DNA of 64,000 bases from an uncultured Gemmatimonadaceae bacterium (GCA_963829055.1 CAWHHI010000020.1:800001-864000), one strand, 5' to 3'; positions 19,946 through 30,656 are shown, numbered from the stretch's first letter. Notes: generated from the letters alone by a model not told the origin. Numbers and translations: made by a program.

Positions 19946-21538
19946 TCATGTGCGCTCCGCCAGCAGCGTCCGGAGCGTCGCGAGACTGTCCGCGTCCTCC
20001 GGACGCTTGTCCGTGCGCCACCTGAGGATTCGCGGAAACCGAACGGCGACCCCCGACTTGTGCCTCGGCGACGGCTGAATGCCCTCGAAGCCAAGCTCGA
20101 ACACGTGTACCGGCTTCACGTGTCGCACCGGGCCGTACTTCTCCACCGTGTTCGCGCGAATCCAGCGATCCAGCTCGCGGATCTCCGCATCCGTCAGCCC
20201 CGAATACGCCTTCGCGAACGGCACGAGCACGCCGTCATCCCACACCGCGAACGTGTAATCCGTGTGCAGCGACGAGCGCCGCCCGTGACCGGCCTGCGCG
20301 TAGATCATCACCGCGTCCACCGTGTACGGCTGCACCTTCCACTTCCACCAGCCACCCTTCCGACGACCGACGCCGTACACACTGTCGGTGCGCTTGAGCA
20401 TGAGTCCCTCCGCGCACCGCTCACGCGCTTCCGCATACGCGGCGTGCGCCTCCGGCCAACTGCCGAACGTCACCACAGGCGACGGTACGAACGCGGCGCT
20501 CCGCGCGGCACCGATCGTCGCGAGCAGCATCTCACGACGACGCCCGAGCGACTCGCCACGCACGTCGCGGCCGCCCGCTTCCAGCAGGTCGTAGGCGATG
20601 AGCACAACGGGCACGTCACTCAGGATCGATCCGCCTAACGACTTGCGGCCGATGCGCCGCTGCAGCTGCGCGAACGGCAGCGGCTTGCCGTCCTTCCACG
20701 GCATGATCTCGCCGTCGAGCACGGTGCCATCTGGCAGAAAATCCGCGGCGGCTGCGAGCTCCGGATAGCGATCCGTCACGAGCTCTTCACCACGCGACCA
20801 GATGAACGTCTGCCCGTTCCGGCGGATCACCTGCGCCCGGATCCCATCCCACTTCCACTCCGCCTGCCACGCGGTCGGGTCGCCCAGCGCCTCGACATCG
20901 CTCTCGAGCGCGTACGCGAGAAAGAACGGATACGGGCGCGACACGTCCGCATCCGACGTCTCCTCCGCCAGCAACGCCGTGAACGACTCCGCGCGCGGCA
21001 GCCACGTCCCGCTCAACCGATGGGCGATCACACCTTCATCCACCCCCGTCGCGCGCGACAGCGCCCGCACCACGAGCTGCTGCGACACGCCTACGCGAAA
21101 GCCGCCGGTGATGAGCTTGTTCCAGATGAAGCGCTCGGTCCCTCCGAGCTCACGCCAGCTCTCGAGAATGCTCTCGCGCTGCTCCTCCTCGGTCTTGCTC
21201 GCGAGCGGCAGCAACCGATCCGCGATCCAGCGGTGCAGCGGAACGTCTGTCGTGCTCGGCGCGTCGGGTAGCAGCAGCGACATCGTCTCCGCGAGGTCGC
21301 CAACCGCGTCGTAACACTCGGCGAACAGCCACTCGGGGATGCCGACCTCCTCCATCGCCCACGCCGCGAGCCGCCTAACGGGAATGAGCCGCTTCGGACG
21401 CCCGCCGCTCAGGAACCAGACCGCCCACGCCGCATCCGCCGGCTCGGCCGCGCGGAAGTACTCGACCATCGCGTCGACCTTCTCGTTCGTGCGCATGGTC
21501 TCATCGATCGCCGCGAACAGTTGCGCGAACCGCCTCAC
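19946..21538 (-). CDS. ATP-dependent DNA ligase
   Basis: EWKWDGIR (motif I), LDGE, EGLMLK, WWKWK, SGVAVRFPRILRWRTDK. Confidence 0.95.
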   Translation of the reverse strand: MRRFAQLFAAIDETMRTNEKVDAMVEYFRAAEPADAAWAVWFLSGGRPKRLIPVRRLAAWAMEEVGIPEWLFAECYDAVGDLAETMSLLLPDAPSTTDVPLHRWIADRLLPLASKTEEEQRESILESWRELGGTERFIWNKLITGGFRVGVSQQLVVRALSRATGVDEGVIAHRLSGTWLPRAESFTALLAEETSDADVSRPYPFFLAYALESDVEALGDPTAWQAEWKWDGIRAQVIRRNGQTFIWSRGEELVTDRYPELAAAADFLPDGTVLDGEIMPWKDGKPLPFAQLQRRIGRKSLGGSILSDVPVVLIAYDLLEAGGRDVRGESLGRRREMLLATIGAARSAAFVPSPVVTFGSWPEAHAAYAEARERCAEGLMLKRTDSVYGVGRRKGGWWKWKVQPYTVDAVMIYAQAGHGRRSSLHTDYTFAVWDDGVLVPFAKAYSGLTDAEIRELDRWIRANTVEKYGPVRHVKPVHVFELGFEGIQPSPRHKSGVAVRFPRILRWRTDKRPEDADSLATLRTLLAERT

Positions 21539-22567
21539 GCGGAGATCTCCTCACCGGCGACTTCCACCGGGTCGGTGTCTTCCTCGCCCTTCCACTGACT
21601 CGCGACCGCCTTCGCCTCGATGCCGCGCTCGGTCAGCCATCGGACGAGCGGCTCCCGCGTCCCGTGCGTGACCCACACGCGCTGCGCACCGGTTCCTTCC
21701 ACTGCGGCGAGAATCGACGGCCAGTCCACGTGATCCGAGAGCACGAAGCCGCGATCGAGCGCGCGCCGCCGCCGATTGCCGCGTACACGCATCCACCCGG
21801 ACGCGAAGCCGGTGGAGATGTTCCCGAACCGCCGCAGCCATGTGCTTCCCGCCGCGGACGGTGGCGCGACGATGAGACTGCCGGCGAAGTCATGCCCGCG
21901 CGGCATCTCGCTCGCGTAACGCGTCTCGGCAAGCCTAACGCCGGCGCGACGGTAGTCGCCGTTGAGGCGCTCGACCGCGCCGTGCGTGTACACGGGCCCC
22001 AGGTCGGCATCCGCGAGACCGGCGAGCAGCCGCTGCGCCTTGCCGAGTGCGTAGCCGAACAGCACCGACGCGCGGCCGTGCTCGCGATTGGCACGCCCAC
22101 CAGGCGCGGATCTGGGCGAACACCTCGCTGTCCGGCGTCCATCTATAGACAGGCAGCCCGAAGGTGCTCTCGGTGATGAACGTGTGGCACCGGACGAGCT
22201 CGAACGGCGTGCACGTGGGGTCGGGCTCGGTCTTGTAGTCGCCTGACGCGACCCACACCTCGCCGCGATGCTCCACGCGGATCTGCGCCGACCCGAGGAT
22301 GTGGCCCGCGGGATGAAGCGAAACGCGGACGCCATTCACGTCCACCGGTTCGCCCCAGTCCACGGCGCGAATGGTCTGGTTCTGGCCGAGTCGCGTCCGC
22401 AGAACCGCTTCGCCTTCGCGGGAGCTCAGGTAGCGCGCCGACCCCCATCGGGCGTGGTCACCATGACCATGCGTGATGACAGCACGCTCGACCGGCTGCC
22501 ACGGGTCGATGTAGAAGTCTCCAGCCTCGCAATAGAGGCCGCGCTCGGCCAGACGGAGCAGCGTCAT
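21535..22567 (-). CDS. Ligase-associated DNA damage response exonuclease (MBL/beta-CASP-like), frameshift near 22095
   Basis: GLYCEAGDFYIDPWQPVERAVITHGHGDH...AGHILGSAQ...ESTFGLP then YALGKAQR...SGWM...LSDHVDW...VTHG. Confidence 0.92.
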
Positions 22568-22585
22568 CCCGTGTAAAATGCCCTC

Positions 22586-23251
22586 ATGAAACTGCTCGTG
22601 CTTGGCGCGTCCGGCGCTACCGGAAGTTGGCTCGTCCGAGTCGCGGCACAGGCTGGTCACCAGGTAACCGCATTGATCCGGCCATCGACGCCGTTCGATG
22701 CACCGGCCGGCGTGCGCGTCGTCCGCGGCGAGGTGTTGGACGCCGCGGTGCTGGCATCGGTCGTGGGAGGACAGGACGCCGTCGCCTCGTGCCTCGGTCA
22801 GCGGCGAAGCGGCAGGAGCCCGTGGGCCGCGCTGCGATCGCCGCCCGACCTCATGAGCCGCGTCGCATCCCTCCTGATCCCAACCATGGCAGCCGCCGGC
22901 GTGACGCGCGTGGTCGCGATCAGCGCTGGCGGTGTGGCCGAGAGCATCACGCAACTGTCGATGCCGGTGCGGTGGCTGGTGAGCGTCGGGAACGTCGGCG
23001 TAGCCTACCGCGATCTCGCGGAGATGGAGCGGAAGCTCTCCGCGAGTCGCCTCGACTGGCTGGCCGTGCGCCCGGTGACGCTCATGGATGGTCCGCCCAC
23101 GGGCCGTGCGACGCGCGTGGATCGGTATGGTCTGTTCTCCATTGTGCGACGGTCCGATGTCGCGACCTGGATGCTTGGCGCATTCTCGCGCCCGACACCC
23201 TTCATCGAGCAGACCGTTCTTCTCGGCACTCCACTCGGGACAAAGAATTGA
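22586..23251 (+). CDS. NAD(P)-binding oxidoreductase (flavin reductase/NmrA-like)
   Basis: MKLLVLGASGATG Rossmann motif; DWLAVRP; RSDVA. Confidence 0.88.
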   Translation: MKLLVLGASGATGSWLVRVAAQAGHQVTALIRPSTPFDAPAGVRVVRGEVLDAAVLASVVGGQDAVASCLGQRRSGRSPWAALRSPPDLMSRVASLLIPTMAAAGVTRVVAISAGGVAESITQLSMPVRWLVSVGNVGVAYRDLAEMERKLSASRLDWLAVRPVTLMDGPPTGRATRVDRYGLFSIVRRSDVATWMLGAFSRPTPFIEQTVLLGTPLGTKN

Positions 23252-23317
23252 TCTCGCAGGACCGAGGGGTGCGGACGGGCTCCACCGCGCCCGTATCTTG
23301 CGACACGATGTGCACTC

Positions 23318-26300
23318 ATGCCGGTTAACCAGGACCCGCCCGATCGGACGAATGTGCACCGCTCGACTCGGGCGTCGGACGCTGAGCCGACGGCCGTTCA
23401 ACTCGCGCGAGTGCTTGCGCAGTTCCCCGGCGCCGTCGCGGTGTATGCCGGCCCGCAGCACGTGTTTCGCGCGGCGAGCGCTGCCTATCGGGCGTTCATT
23501 GGGGGCCGCGAGGTGATCGGCTTACCCATTCGCGAGGCGCTGCCGGAGCTGGACGGGCAGGGGTTTTTCGAGCTGCTCGATCAGGCGTACCAGACAGGCG
23601 AATCCGTCTCGGTGTCGGGAGTCACGGCGCAGTGGGATTCGGACGGCGATGGGTCTCCCGAGTCCCGCGTCATCGACTTCACGTATCAGCCGCTGACGGC
23701 GGCGGACGGTTCGGTCGAAGGCGTCGTCGCGTTCGTGCAGGACGTGACGGAGCGTCATATGGCGCTCGCCGCTCTCGCCGCCAGTGAAGCGCGGCATCGT
23801 CTCGCCATCGACGCGACGAGACTCGGTACCTGGGCGTGGGACGTCGGCTCGGACACAGCGACGTTCGACGATCGCGTTCGTGAGCTGCTCGAGCTCCCTG
23901 ATAGGACCGGGAGGTCCCGTGTCGGCGCCATCGTAGCGCGTGTTCACCCCGATGATCGCGATCGCCTGAACGAAGCGTTCGCGCGAGTGGTCGACCCGGA
24001 GGGCGACGGACGCTTCCAGGGTGAGTACCGCATCGTCCGTGACGACGGCCGCGAGCGTTGGGTATTGGCGTTCGGACGCATGCATTTCGTGGAGGACACG
24101 AGCCCGAGGCAAGCGGCGCAACTCATTGGCACGCTAGTCGACATCACGGACCAGAAACACGCCGAGGCGAGACAGCGTGTGCTCGCGCGCCTCGGCGCCG
24201 ACCTGCTCGTGGCGGGCGACGAGCAGATCGCGCTGCAGCGTCTCGCTGACGCGGCCGTGGCGGACCTCGCGGACTGGGCGATCGTGGACGTGATCGGGCC
24301 CGATGGCCGGGCGCATCGCGCGGCGATCGCGCACGCGGATCCAGCCAAGCTCGACGTCATGCGGGAGTTGTCCGCTCGCTACCCGCCTGATCCGTCGCAC
24401 CCGACGATGGGGCGCGATGCGCTCGCGACTGGGCAGGCACAGCTCTACGCGGTCGTCGACGACGCGCTGGTTGGCGCGATGGCGCAGGACGCGGAGCAGG
24501 CACGTCTCGCGAAGGCGATGGGTCTGCGGTCGGCGATGGCCGTCCCGCTGCAGACTCGCTTCGGCCCGTTCGGTATCGCGGCGTTCGGGTCGGGGCGGCG
24601 GACGTTCACGCCAGACGATGTCGCGGTCGCCGAGGAGATCGGGCGGCGTGCGTCGCTGGCGGTGGAGAACGCTCGACTCATCGCCGAGGCGAGGCGCGCG
24701 CAGACCGACGCCGAGCGGGCGGTGCGGCGCACGGCGCGCCTGCAGATGTTGAGCGCGGCGCTGGCCGCGGCGTTGACGCCTAACGACGTCGCAACCGTGG
24801 CAGTGAACGAGGGTGTTGCCGCGGCCGGCGCCGACGCGGGGATGCTCGTGCTGCTCGACGCTGCGGGCACGGCGCTCGACGTGGTCGAGGCACGGGGTTA
24901 CGACACGCGTCATTTCGATCGTTGGCGTCACATCCCGCTCGATGTCACCGTCCCGGTCACCGAGGCAGTGCGCACCGGCGAGCTGATCGTCGTCGCGTCG
25001 GCCGAGGAGCGGAAGCGGCGCTACCCGACCATCGACGCGGCCGGCGTCCCGGTGATGTACCCGGCGACGATCTCCGTTCCGCTCATCGCCGAAGGCCGAA
25101 GCTTCGGCGCGTTAGGCCTGAGCTTTCACGACACGATCTCCGTCGGTCCCGACGACCGCGAGCTGCTGCTGGCGGTCGGGCGCCAGTGCGCGCAGGCGGT
25201 GCGTCGGGCGACGTTGTTCGACGCCGAGGCGGTGGCCCGTGCGGACGCGGAAGCGGCCAATCGGCGACTCGCGTTTCTCGCTGACGCCAGCGCGGCGCTC
25301 GCGTCACTGGACTACGAGACGACGCTGCAGCGTGTCGCGCAGCTCACGGTGCCGTCGTTCGCGGACTACGTGGTCATCGACCTGCTCGATGAGAACGGGG
25401 GAATTCGGCGCGTCGCGTCGGCGCACGCGGATCCATCGAAGGCGGAGATGCTGCGGGATACCGCACGCTTCTATCCCGCAGCCGGAGCGGACTCGCCGCT
25501 CCGGGAACCGCTCGTGAGCGGGAAGGCGTCGCTCGTGGGGCAGGTCGATGACGCGTGGCTGCGCCGCGCGGGGCGGACGCCCGAGCACCTGGCCGCGATC
25601 CGGGCGCTGAATCCACAATCGCTCATCGTGGCGCCGCTGTCGGCGCGCGATCATACGTTAGGCATCATGACGTTCGTCGCGTCCGATTCGGGGCGTCGCT
25701 ACGGCGCCGGCGACGTGCCACTCGCGGTGGAAGTGGCGCGGCGGGCCGCGGTCGCGGTCGACAACGCCGAGCTCTATCGCCATAGCGAGGCGGCGCGGCG
25801 TGAGGCGGAAGCGGCGAGTCGCGCGAAGGGACAGTTCCTCGCCGTCATGAGTCACGAGCTCCGCACGCCGCTCAACGCGATCCTCGGCTACAGTGAGCTC
25901 GTGGGCATGGGGGTGCACGGGCCGGTGACCGACGCGCAGCGCGACGCGATGTCGCGGATCAAGCGCAGCGGGCAGCATCTGCTGTCGCTCGTGAACAACG
26001 TCCTCAACCTCGAGCGGACAGAGGCCGGCGGCATCGAGACGGAGTTCGTTCCGATCTCGGTGAGGGAGTTGTTCGAGGACGCGGATTCGCTGACGCGCCC
26101 GCAGGCGGAGGCGAAGGGCATCACACTGGCGGTCGAGTTGCCGGGCGCCGACGTGGTCGCACTGGGCGAGCAGGACAAGGCAAGTCAGGTGCTGGTGAAC
26201 CTGCTGTCGAACGCGGTGAAGTTCACGGCGTCCGGTGGGACGATCAGGCTCTCGTGCGATGTGGACGCGGACAGCGTGCACCTGCGGGTCGCGGATACGG

Positions 26301-26524
26301 GCGTGGGTATTCCCGGGGAGGCGATCGACCGGGTGTTCGAGCCGTTCGTGCAACTCGATTCGGGCCTAACGCGGAGGGCCGAGGGTGCGGGGTTGGGCCT
26401 CGCGATCAGCCGTCGCCTGGCACGCCTCATGGGCGGTGATCTGACGCTGGAGAGCGAGCTGGGGAAGGGCTCGACGTTCACGTTCACACTGGTGCGTGTG
26501 CCGCCGTCATCGGCTGTTGATTGA
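23318..26524 (+). CDS. PAS/PAS/GAF x3 sensor histidine kinase
   Basis: PAS (VHPDDR), GAF repeats (RASLAVENARL), H-box FLAVMSHELRTPLNAILGY, NLLSNAVKFT, DTGVGI, GAGLGLAI. Confidence 0.95.
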   Translation: MPVNQDPPDRTNVHRSTRASDAEPTAVQLARVLAQFPGAVAVYAGPQHVFRAASAAYRAFIGGREVIGLPIREALPELDGQGFFELLDQAYQTGESVSVSGVTAQWDSDGDGSPESRVIDFTYQPLTAADGSVEGVVAFVQDVTERHMALAALAASEARHRLAIDATRLGTWAWDVGSDTATFDDRVRELLELPDRTGRSRVGAIVARVHPDDRDRLNEAFARVVDPEGDGRFQGEYRIVRDDGRERWVLAFGRMHFVEDTSPRQAAQLIGTLVDITDQKHAEARQRVLARLGADLLVAGDEQIALQRLADAAVADLADWAIVDVIGPDGRAHRAAIAHADPAKLDVMRELSARYPPDPSHPTMGRDALATGQAQLYAVVDDALVGAMAQDAEQARLAKAMGLRSAMAVPLQTRFGPFGIAAFGSGRRTFTPDDVAVAEEIGRRASLAVENARLIAEARRAQTDAERAVRRTARLQMLSAALAAALTPNDVATVAVNEGVAAAGADAGMLVLLDAAGTALDVVEARGYDTRHFDRWRHIPLDVTVPVTEAVRTGELIVVASAEERKRRYPTIDAAGVPVMYPATISVPLIAEGRSFGALGLSFHDTISVGPDDRELLLAVGRQCAQAVRRATLFDAEAVARADAEAANRRLAFLADASAALASLDYETTLQRVAQLTVPSFADYVVIDLLDENGGIRRVASAHADPSKAEMLRDTARFYPAAGADSPLREPLVSGKASLVGQVDDAWLRRAGRTPEHLAAIRALNPQSLIVAPLSARDHTLGIMTFVASDSGRRYGAGDVPLAVEVARRAAVAVDNAELYRHSEAARREAEAASRAKGQFLAVMSHELRTPLNAILGYSELVGMGVHGPVTDAQRDAMSRIKRSGQHLLSLVNNVLNLERTEAGGIETEFVPISVRELFEDADSLTRPQAEAKGITLAVELPGADVVALGEQDKASQVLVNLLSNAVKFTASGGTIRLSCDVDADSVHLRVADTGVGIPGEAIDRVFEPFVQLDSGLTRRAEGAGLGLAISRRLARLMGGDLTLESELGKGSTFTFTLVRVPPSSAVD

Positions 26525-26543
26525 TTGTCTGGATGTCTGGATT

Positions 26544-26890
26544 GTCGCGCCGGAGCCGGTGGGAACGACGATTGGGCGGATCTGTACGGCGAAACTGCCG
26601 GATACAGCTTTGCATTCAGGCATCGTTGCGCCGGGGCCGGTGTGAACTGCGATTTCGCGGATGACACGGAAAACGGCCGGATACGGCTTTGCATCGACGC
26701 TGGCTCACGCCGGACCATGAATGAATGGGAACGGCCGCTCGGGAGACTCCTGCGTCCCGAGCGGCCGTTCCCAAGAATCCCGGCTCGTTGCGTGAGGAGC
26801 CGTCCCTAACGCGGTCGATCCTGCTTCTTCCGCGTCATCCGCGAGATCGCCGTTCCCCCAGGCCGCGGCGCAAGGATGCGTGAATGCAGA
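26544..26890. mobile_element. Foldback element family C, core inverted relative to 9753-10157, right arm truncated
   Basis: Shares ggtgggaacgacgattgggcggatct, gcggatgacacggaaaacggccggatac and the central gggaacggccgctcggga hairpin. Confidence 0.75.
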
Positions 26891-26897
26891 GCCGGCC

Positions 26898-26985
26898 TGT
26901 CATTCCGAGCGAGGCCGTCGCGAGTCGAGGAATCGCGATCGTCCCGATCGAGGGCCACTCTGCCAGTACCCTCACGATTCCTCGG
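26898..26985. repeat. Partial REP-like family B
   Basis: tgtcattccgagcg...gagtcgaggaatcg...cgattcctcg. Confidence 0.7.
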
Positions 26986-27110
26986 CCGCGGCGCGATCCT
27001 CGGCACCGAAGCCCGACGGATACGGGGACTGACACCTGATCGACTCGTTTTGCAGTCGACTGGCACACTTCGTACTGGCCACGCCGCCGCCGGATGCACG
27101 ACACCAGTCG

Positions 27111-27627
27111 TTAGGCGTCCCCCGAACCCGTATCCGGATCGTGCGTGAATCGGGTCTACCCAGTAGACCGTTTCCGGTTTCTCGACCACCGGGATATCGA
27201 GGTTCACGACCACCGCGTCCTGCCCGCTTCGCACCAGCACGCACTCCAGCGGCTCGTCAGGCGCCGCGTTGATCTCCTGGTGCGGCACGTACGGCGGGAC
27301 GTAGATGAAATCGCCCGGCCCCGCCTCGGCAACGAACTCCAATCGGTCACCCCAGCGCATGCGGGCGCGGCCGCGCACCACGTAGATCACGCTCTCGAGC
27401 GCGCCGTGATGATGCGCGCCCGTCTTCGCGTTGGGGCGAATCATCACCGTCCCCGCCCACAGCTTGCTCGCCCCCGTGCGCGCGTGTGTGATCGCCGCCG
27501 CGCGACTCATGCCCTCCGTCTGCGGCGTGTTCATATCGAGCTCCCCGCTATGCACGATGCGAACGCCGTGCATGCGCCAGTCAGGCGCGGAGGAAGCGGT
27601 GGTCTCGTCAGCGGGAGGCGTCGACAT
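27111..27627 (-). CDS. Cupin domain protein; 3' end uncertain (the called ORF reads on into repeats; TAA at 27111-27113 is the likely stop after a 1-bp error)
   Basis: TGAHHHGALESVIYVVRGRARMRWG...GDFIYVPPYVPHQEIN...WVDPIH. Confidence 0.85.
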
Positions 27628-27657
27628 GATCACTCGGGATGAATGGAGAAAGGGAAG

Positions 27658-28602
27658 TCAGCCACTGGTGGAGCGAAACTGTCGACACGTCGGCCGCCAC
27701 GACGGCGCGCCGCGCGTCGCCCAACAGCGGTAGGTCGTCGTGGTGGTCGGGTGCGTGACGTCGACCTGAATGAGAAGGACGTCCGTGCTCCAGGCCATCA
27801 CGCGCGGCACTTCCATGATATACGGGTCAATGTAGCCCGGCGGCCGGCGACGCGTGTCGTACATGAGCATCTCGTATGTCACCGGACAGTCGCGCGGGAT
27901 GACCATGTGGCGCCCCGGAATCTCGAGCGCGGCGAGCGTCGTCGAATCGGCGGCGAAGTCCTGTCCGCCGCGGTTGATCGTTAGGCACACCGTCACGCGA
28001 GGTCTGCCGAGCGAATCCTGGATGGGCGGTGGCACGAGTTGCGCCAGGATATTGCGCTGCGCGTCGAGCAGTTCGCCATTCGTGAACTGCACGATCGCGC
28101 TTGGTTCACGGTCACGGAGACCGACCACCAGGCGCGGCAGTCCGTCAGGCGACGTGTCTCGCGCAATCACCACCGGCTCGAACGGCGGCAGTTCCGAGTC
28201 GCGCGGTACCGAGAACGTGATGATCTGCTCCCAGCGGACTGGTACTGCGCGGCCTTCTCGCAGACCCGGCTCGAAGCTCCACGTCTCGAGCGCGGTCTTC
28301 GTCGCCGTGATGAACAACGCATGCGCCGAATCCATCACTGTAAACGATGTCGGGTCCACGCGACCGGACATGTTCACGACGAACGACACGCGAAGCGTGC
28401 CGCGGACCGCCGCCTGCAGCAGCGTTGCCGGATACGACGGCGCCACATTGATCGAGTCCGGCCGCGGCGGTCGATCCAGCTGGCACACGAGGTACGGCGC
28501 GCGCGTCGCCGGTGGTGGGCACGGTCGCGTCGGCTGTGCGGGCAGCGACGCGGCAGCCACCGGAGAGATCGCGACCATCAGTGCCGCGACGCACCACCTC
28601 AT
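27658..28602 (-). CDS. Secreted TonB C-terminal domain protein
   Basis: Signal peptide; PSYP...GTLRVSFVVNMSGRVD...WSFEPGLREGRAVPV. Confidence 0.75.
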   Translation of the reverse strand: MRWCVAALMVAISPVAAASLPAQPTRPCPPPATRAPYLVCQLDRPPRPDSINVAPSYPATLLQAAVRGTLRVSFVVNMSGRVDPTSFTVMDSAHALFITATKTALETWSFEPGLREGRAVPVRWEQIITFSVPRDSELPPFEPVVIARDTSPDGLPRLVVGLRDREPSAIVQFTNGELLDAQRNILAQLVPPPIQDSLGRPRVTVCLTINRGGQDFAADSTTLAALEIPGRHMVIPRDCPVTYEMLMYDTRRRPPGYIDPYIMEVPRVMAWSTDVLLIQVDVTHPTTTTTYRCWATRGAPSWRPTCRQFRSTSG

Positions 28603-28620
28603 TTCTCGCTCATCTCCGGC

Positions 28621-29913
28621 TCATTTCTGCTTGTACACGACGCCGCCCTTCATCACGAAGCTCACGCGCTCGAGCTCGTGAATGTCCGCGAGCGGATCGC
28701 CGCTCACCGCGACCAGGTCCGCGAACCGGCCCGGCTGCACCGACCCCACCTTGTCAGACCATCCGAGAAGATCCGCCGCGTTCACGGTCGCGGTCTGGAT
28801 CGCCTGCATCGGCGTTAGGCCAAACTCCACTTCCTTCGCGAACTGTTTGCCGTTCCAGCCATGCGGGTACACGCCGGCGTCGGTGCCGAATGCGAGCTTG
28901 ACGCCGGCCTGCACCGCGCGCCGGAAGCTCTCGCGTTGAAGTCGTCCGACGCGCGCCTCCTTGTCCAGAATCTTCTGCGGAAAGCCGAGTCGCTTGTATT
29001 CGGCCATGATGTAATCGTCGTTGTAGATGTCCATCACGAGATACGTGCCGCGCTCCTTCGCGAGGCGGATGCCCTCGTCGTCGATGAGGCTCGCGTGCTC
29101 CACCGACGCGACGCCCGCCTTGATCGCGCGCTTGATCGCCTCGGCGCCGTGCGCGTGCGCGGCGACCTTGCGTCCCCACATCGCCGCTTCCTCGACGACG
29201 GCGTTCATCTCTTCCTGCGAGTACTGCGGCGCACCGACGGATTCTTCCTCGGAGAGCACGCCGGCCGAGGCGATCATCTTGATGACGTCGGCGCCGTTCT
29301 TCACCTCGAAGCGCACGAGCTTGCGGATGTCGTCCACGCCGTCGGCGACGCCGGAGAACGTGCCGAACTTGAGGTAGGGCGAGAAGCCGCTCAGGTCGCC
29401 GTGTCCGCCAGTGGATCCGACGGTGAGCGTCGCCGCCTGGATGCGCGGACCGGGGATGTCGCCGCGGTTGATCGCGTTGCGGAGCGCGATGTCGATGAAC
29501 TCCGCTGAGCCGACGTCGCGAATCGTGGTGAAGCCCGCCTCGAGCGTCCGCTTCGCGTAGACGTGCGCGGTGATGGCGACGTCGATCGGACTCTTCCGGA
29601 AGATGTCCTCGTAGTAATCCCTCGGCTGCGAGGTCACGTGCGTGTGCGCGTCGATGAAGCCGGGGAGGACTGTGAAGCGGCTCAGGTCGATCACGCGCGC
29701 GTTCGCGGGAATGGCGAGTCCGGGGCCGACGGCGGTGATCTTGTCGCCATCGATGAGGATGACGGCGTTGGCGACGGGCGGGCCGCCACGCCCGTCGATC
29801 AGTCGGCCGGCGCGGATGGCGGTGCGAGTGGGTGTGCTGTCGGCTTGCTGAGCCGAGACGTGGTCCACGGCGATGACGAGTGCGAGTGCGGCGACTGCGA
29901 AGCGTGTTCGCAT
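28621..29913 (-). CDS. Secreted amidohydrolase (Xaa-Pro dipeptidase-like)
   Basis: LPGFIDAHTH, GFTTIRDVG, TGGHGD, VAAHAHG, VEHA, FGTDAGV; likely ATG 29913 with signal peptide. Confidence 0.92.
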   Translation of the reverse strand: MRTRFAVAALALVIAVDHVSAQQADSTPTRTAIRAGRLIDGRGGPPVANAVILIDGDKITAVGPGLAIPANARVIDLSRFTVLPGFIDAHTHVTSQPRDYYEDIFRKSPIDVAITAHVYAKRTLEAGFTTIRDVGSAEFIDIALRNAINRGDIPGPRIQAATLTVGSTGGHGDLSGFSPYLKFGTFSGVADGVDDIRKLVRFEVKNGADVIKMIASAGVLSEEESVGAPQYSQEEMNAVVEEAAMWGRKVAAHAHGAEAIKRAIKAGVASVEHASLIDDEGIRLAKERGTYLVMDIYNDDYIMAEYKRLGFPQKILDKEARVGRLQRESFRRAVQAGVKLAFGTDAGVYPHGWNGKQFAKEVEFGLTPMQAIQTATVNAADLLGWSDKVGSVQPGRFADLVAVSGDPLADIHELERVSFVMKGGVVYKQK

Positions 29914-30068
29914 GGTTGGTGCAATGTGAACGAGGGCGTGACGGCGAGGCGCGCCCGAAGGTGCGACAGGCCGGTCAGGTGTGCAACGATTCGGTGCCAA
30001 CGATCGGACGGATCCGGGCGATGTTCGCTCGTGATCGCTTGCCTCTGTTCTTCGCCGCCGAGCACATT

Positions 30069-30656
30069 ATGGCCATGCCTGCGCAACGAGCGCCGAACCG
30101 TCGGTGGACGGAAGAGGAGTTCTACGCCGCGCGAGACGCCGCGCCCTTTGGCGAGCGGTGGGAGCTGGTGGAGGGCGAGGTCCTCGTGACTCCGTCACCT
30201 CACTGGATGCATCAGCGCATCATCGGCCGACTGTTCGAGCTCGTTGCGCCGTATGTTCGCACGCATAGGCTTGGTGAAACGTTCCTGTCGCCACTCGACG
30301 TCAAGCTCGAGCCCGGGTTGGTGCTCCAGCCGGACTTGCTCGTCGTTCCGGCTGGAGAGCTTCGGCGGCGGTCGGATATCGTGGGTCGCTTGCTCCTCGC
30401 GCTCGAGATCATCTCGCCCAGCTCCGCCCGCCACGATCGCGTGACGAAGCGCCCTCGCTATCAGCGCAACCGCGTGCCCGAGTACTGGATCGTCGACGAC
30501 ATCTCGCAAACGATCGAGCGGTGGCGGCCCGATGACGAACGACCCGAGCTCATTTCTGAGCAACTCGTGTGGCACCCGGATGGTGCGGCCGAGCCGTTCG
30601 CACTCGACCTCGTTCGATTCTTCGCGGAGGTCGCGGTGGCGGACGGGTCTGTTTGA
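30069..30656 (+). CDS. Uma2 family (PD-(D/E)xK) endonuclease
   Basis: RWELVEGEVLVTPSP..HQ, QPDLLV, LEIISPSSARHDRVTK..Y...VPEYWIVD. Confidence 0.92.
   Translation: MAMPAQRAPNRRWTEEEFYAARDAAPFGERWELVEGEVLVTPSPHWMHQRIIGRLFELVAPYVRTHRLGETFLSPLDVKLEPGLVLQPDLLVVPAGELRRRSDIVGRLLLALEIISPSSARHDRVTKRPRYQRNRVPEYWIVDDISQTIERWRPDDERPELISEQLVWHPDGAAEPFALDLVRFFAEVAVADGSV

Noticed and set aside
26806..27110. C-terminal extension of the cupin ORF to 275 aa
   Set aside because: The extension translates family B and C repeat DNA; the conserved cupin ends near WVDPIH.
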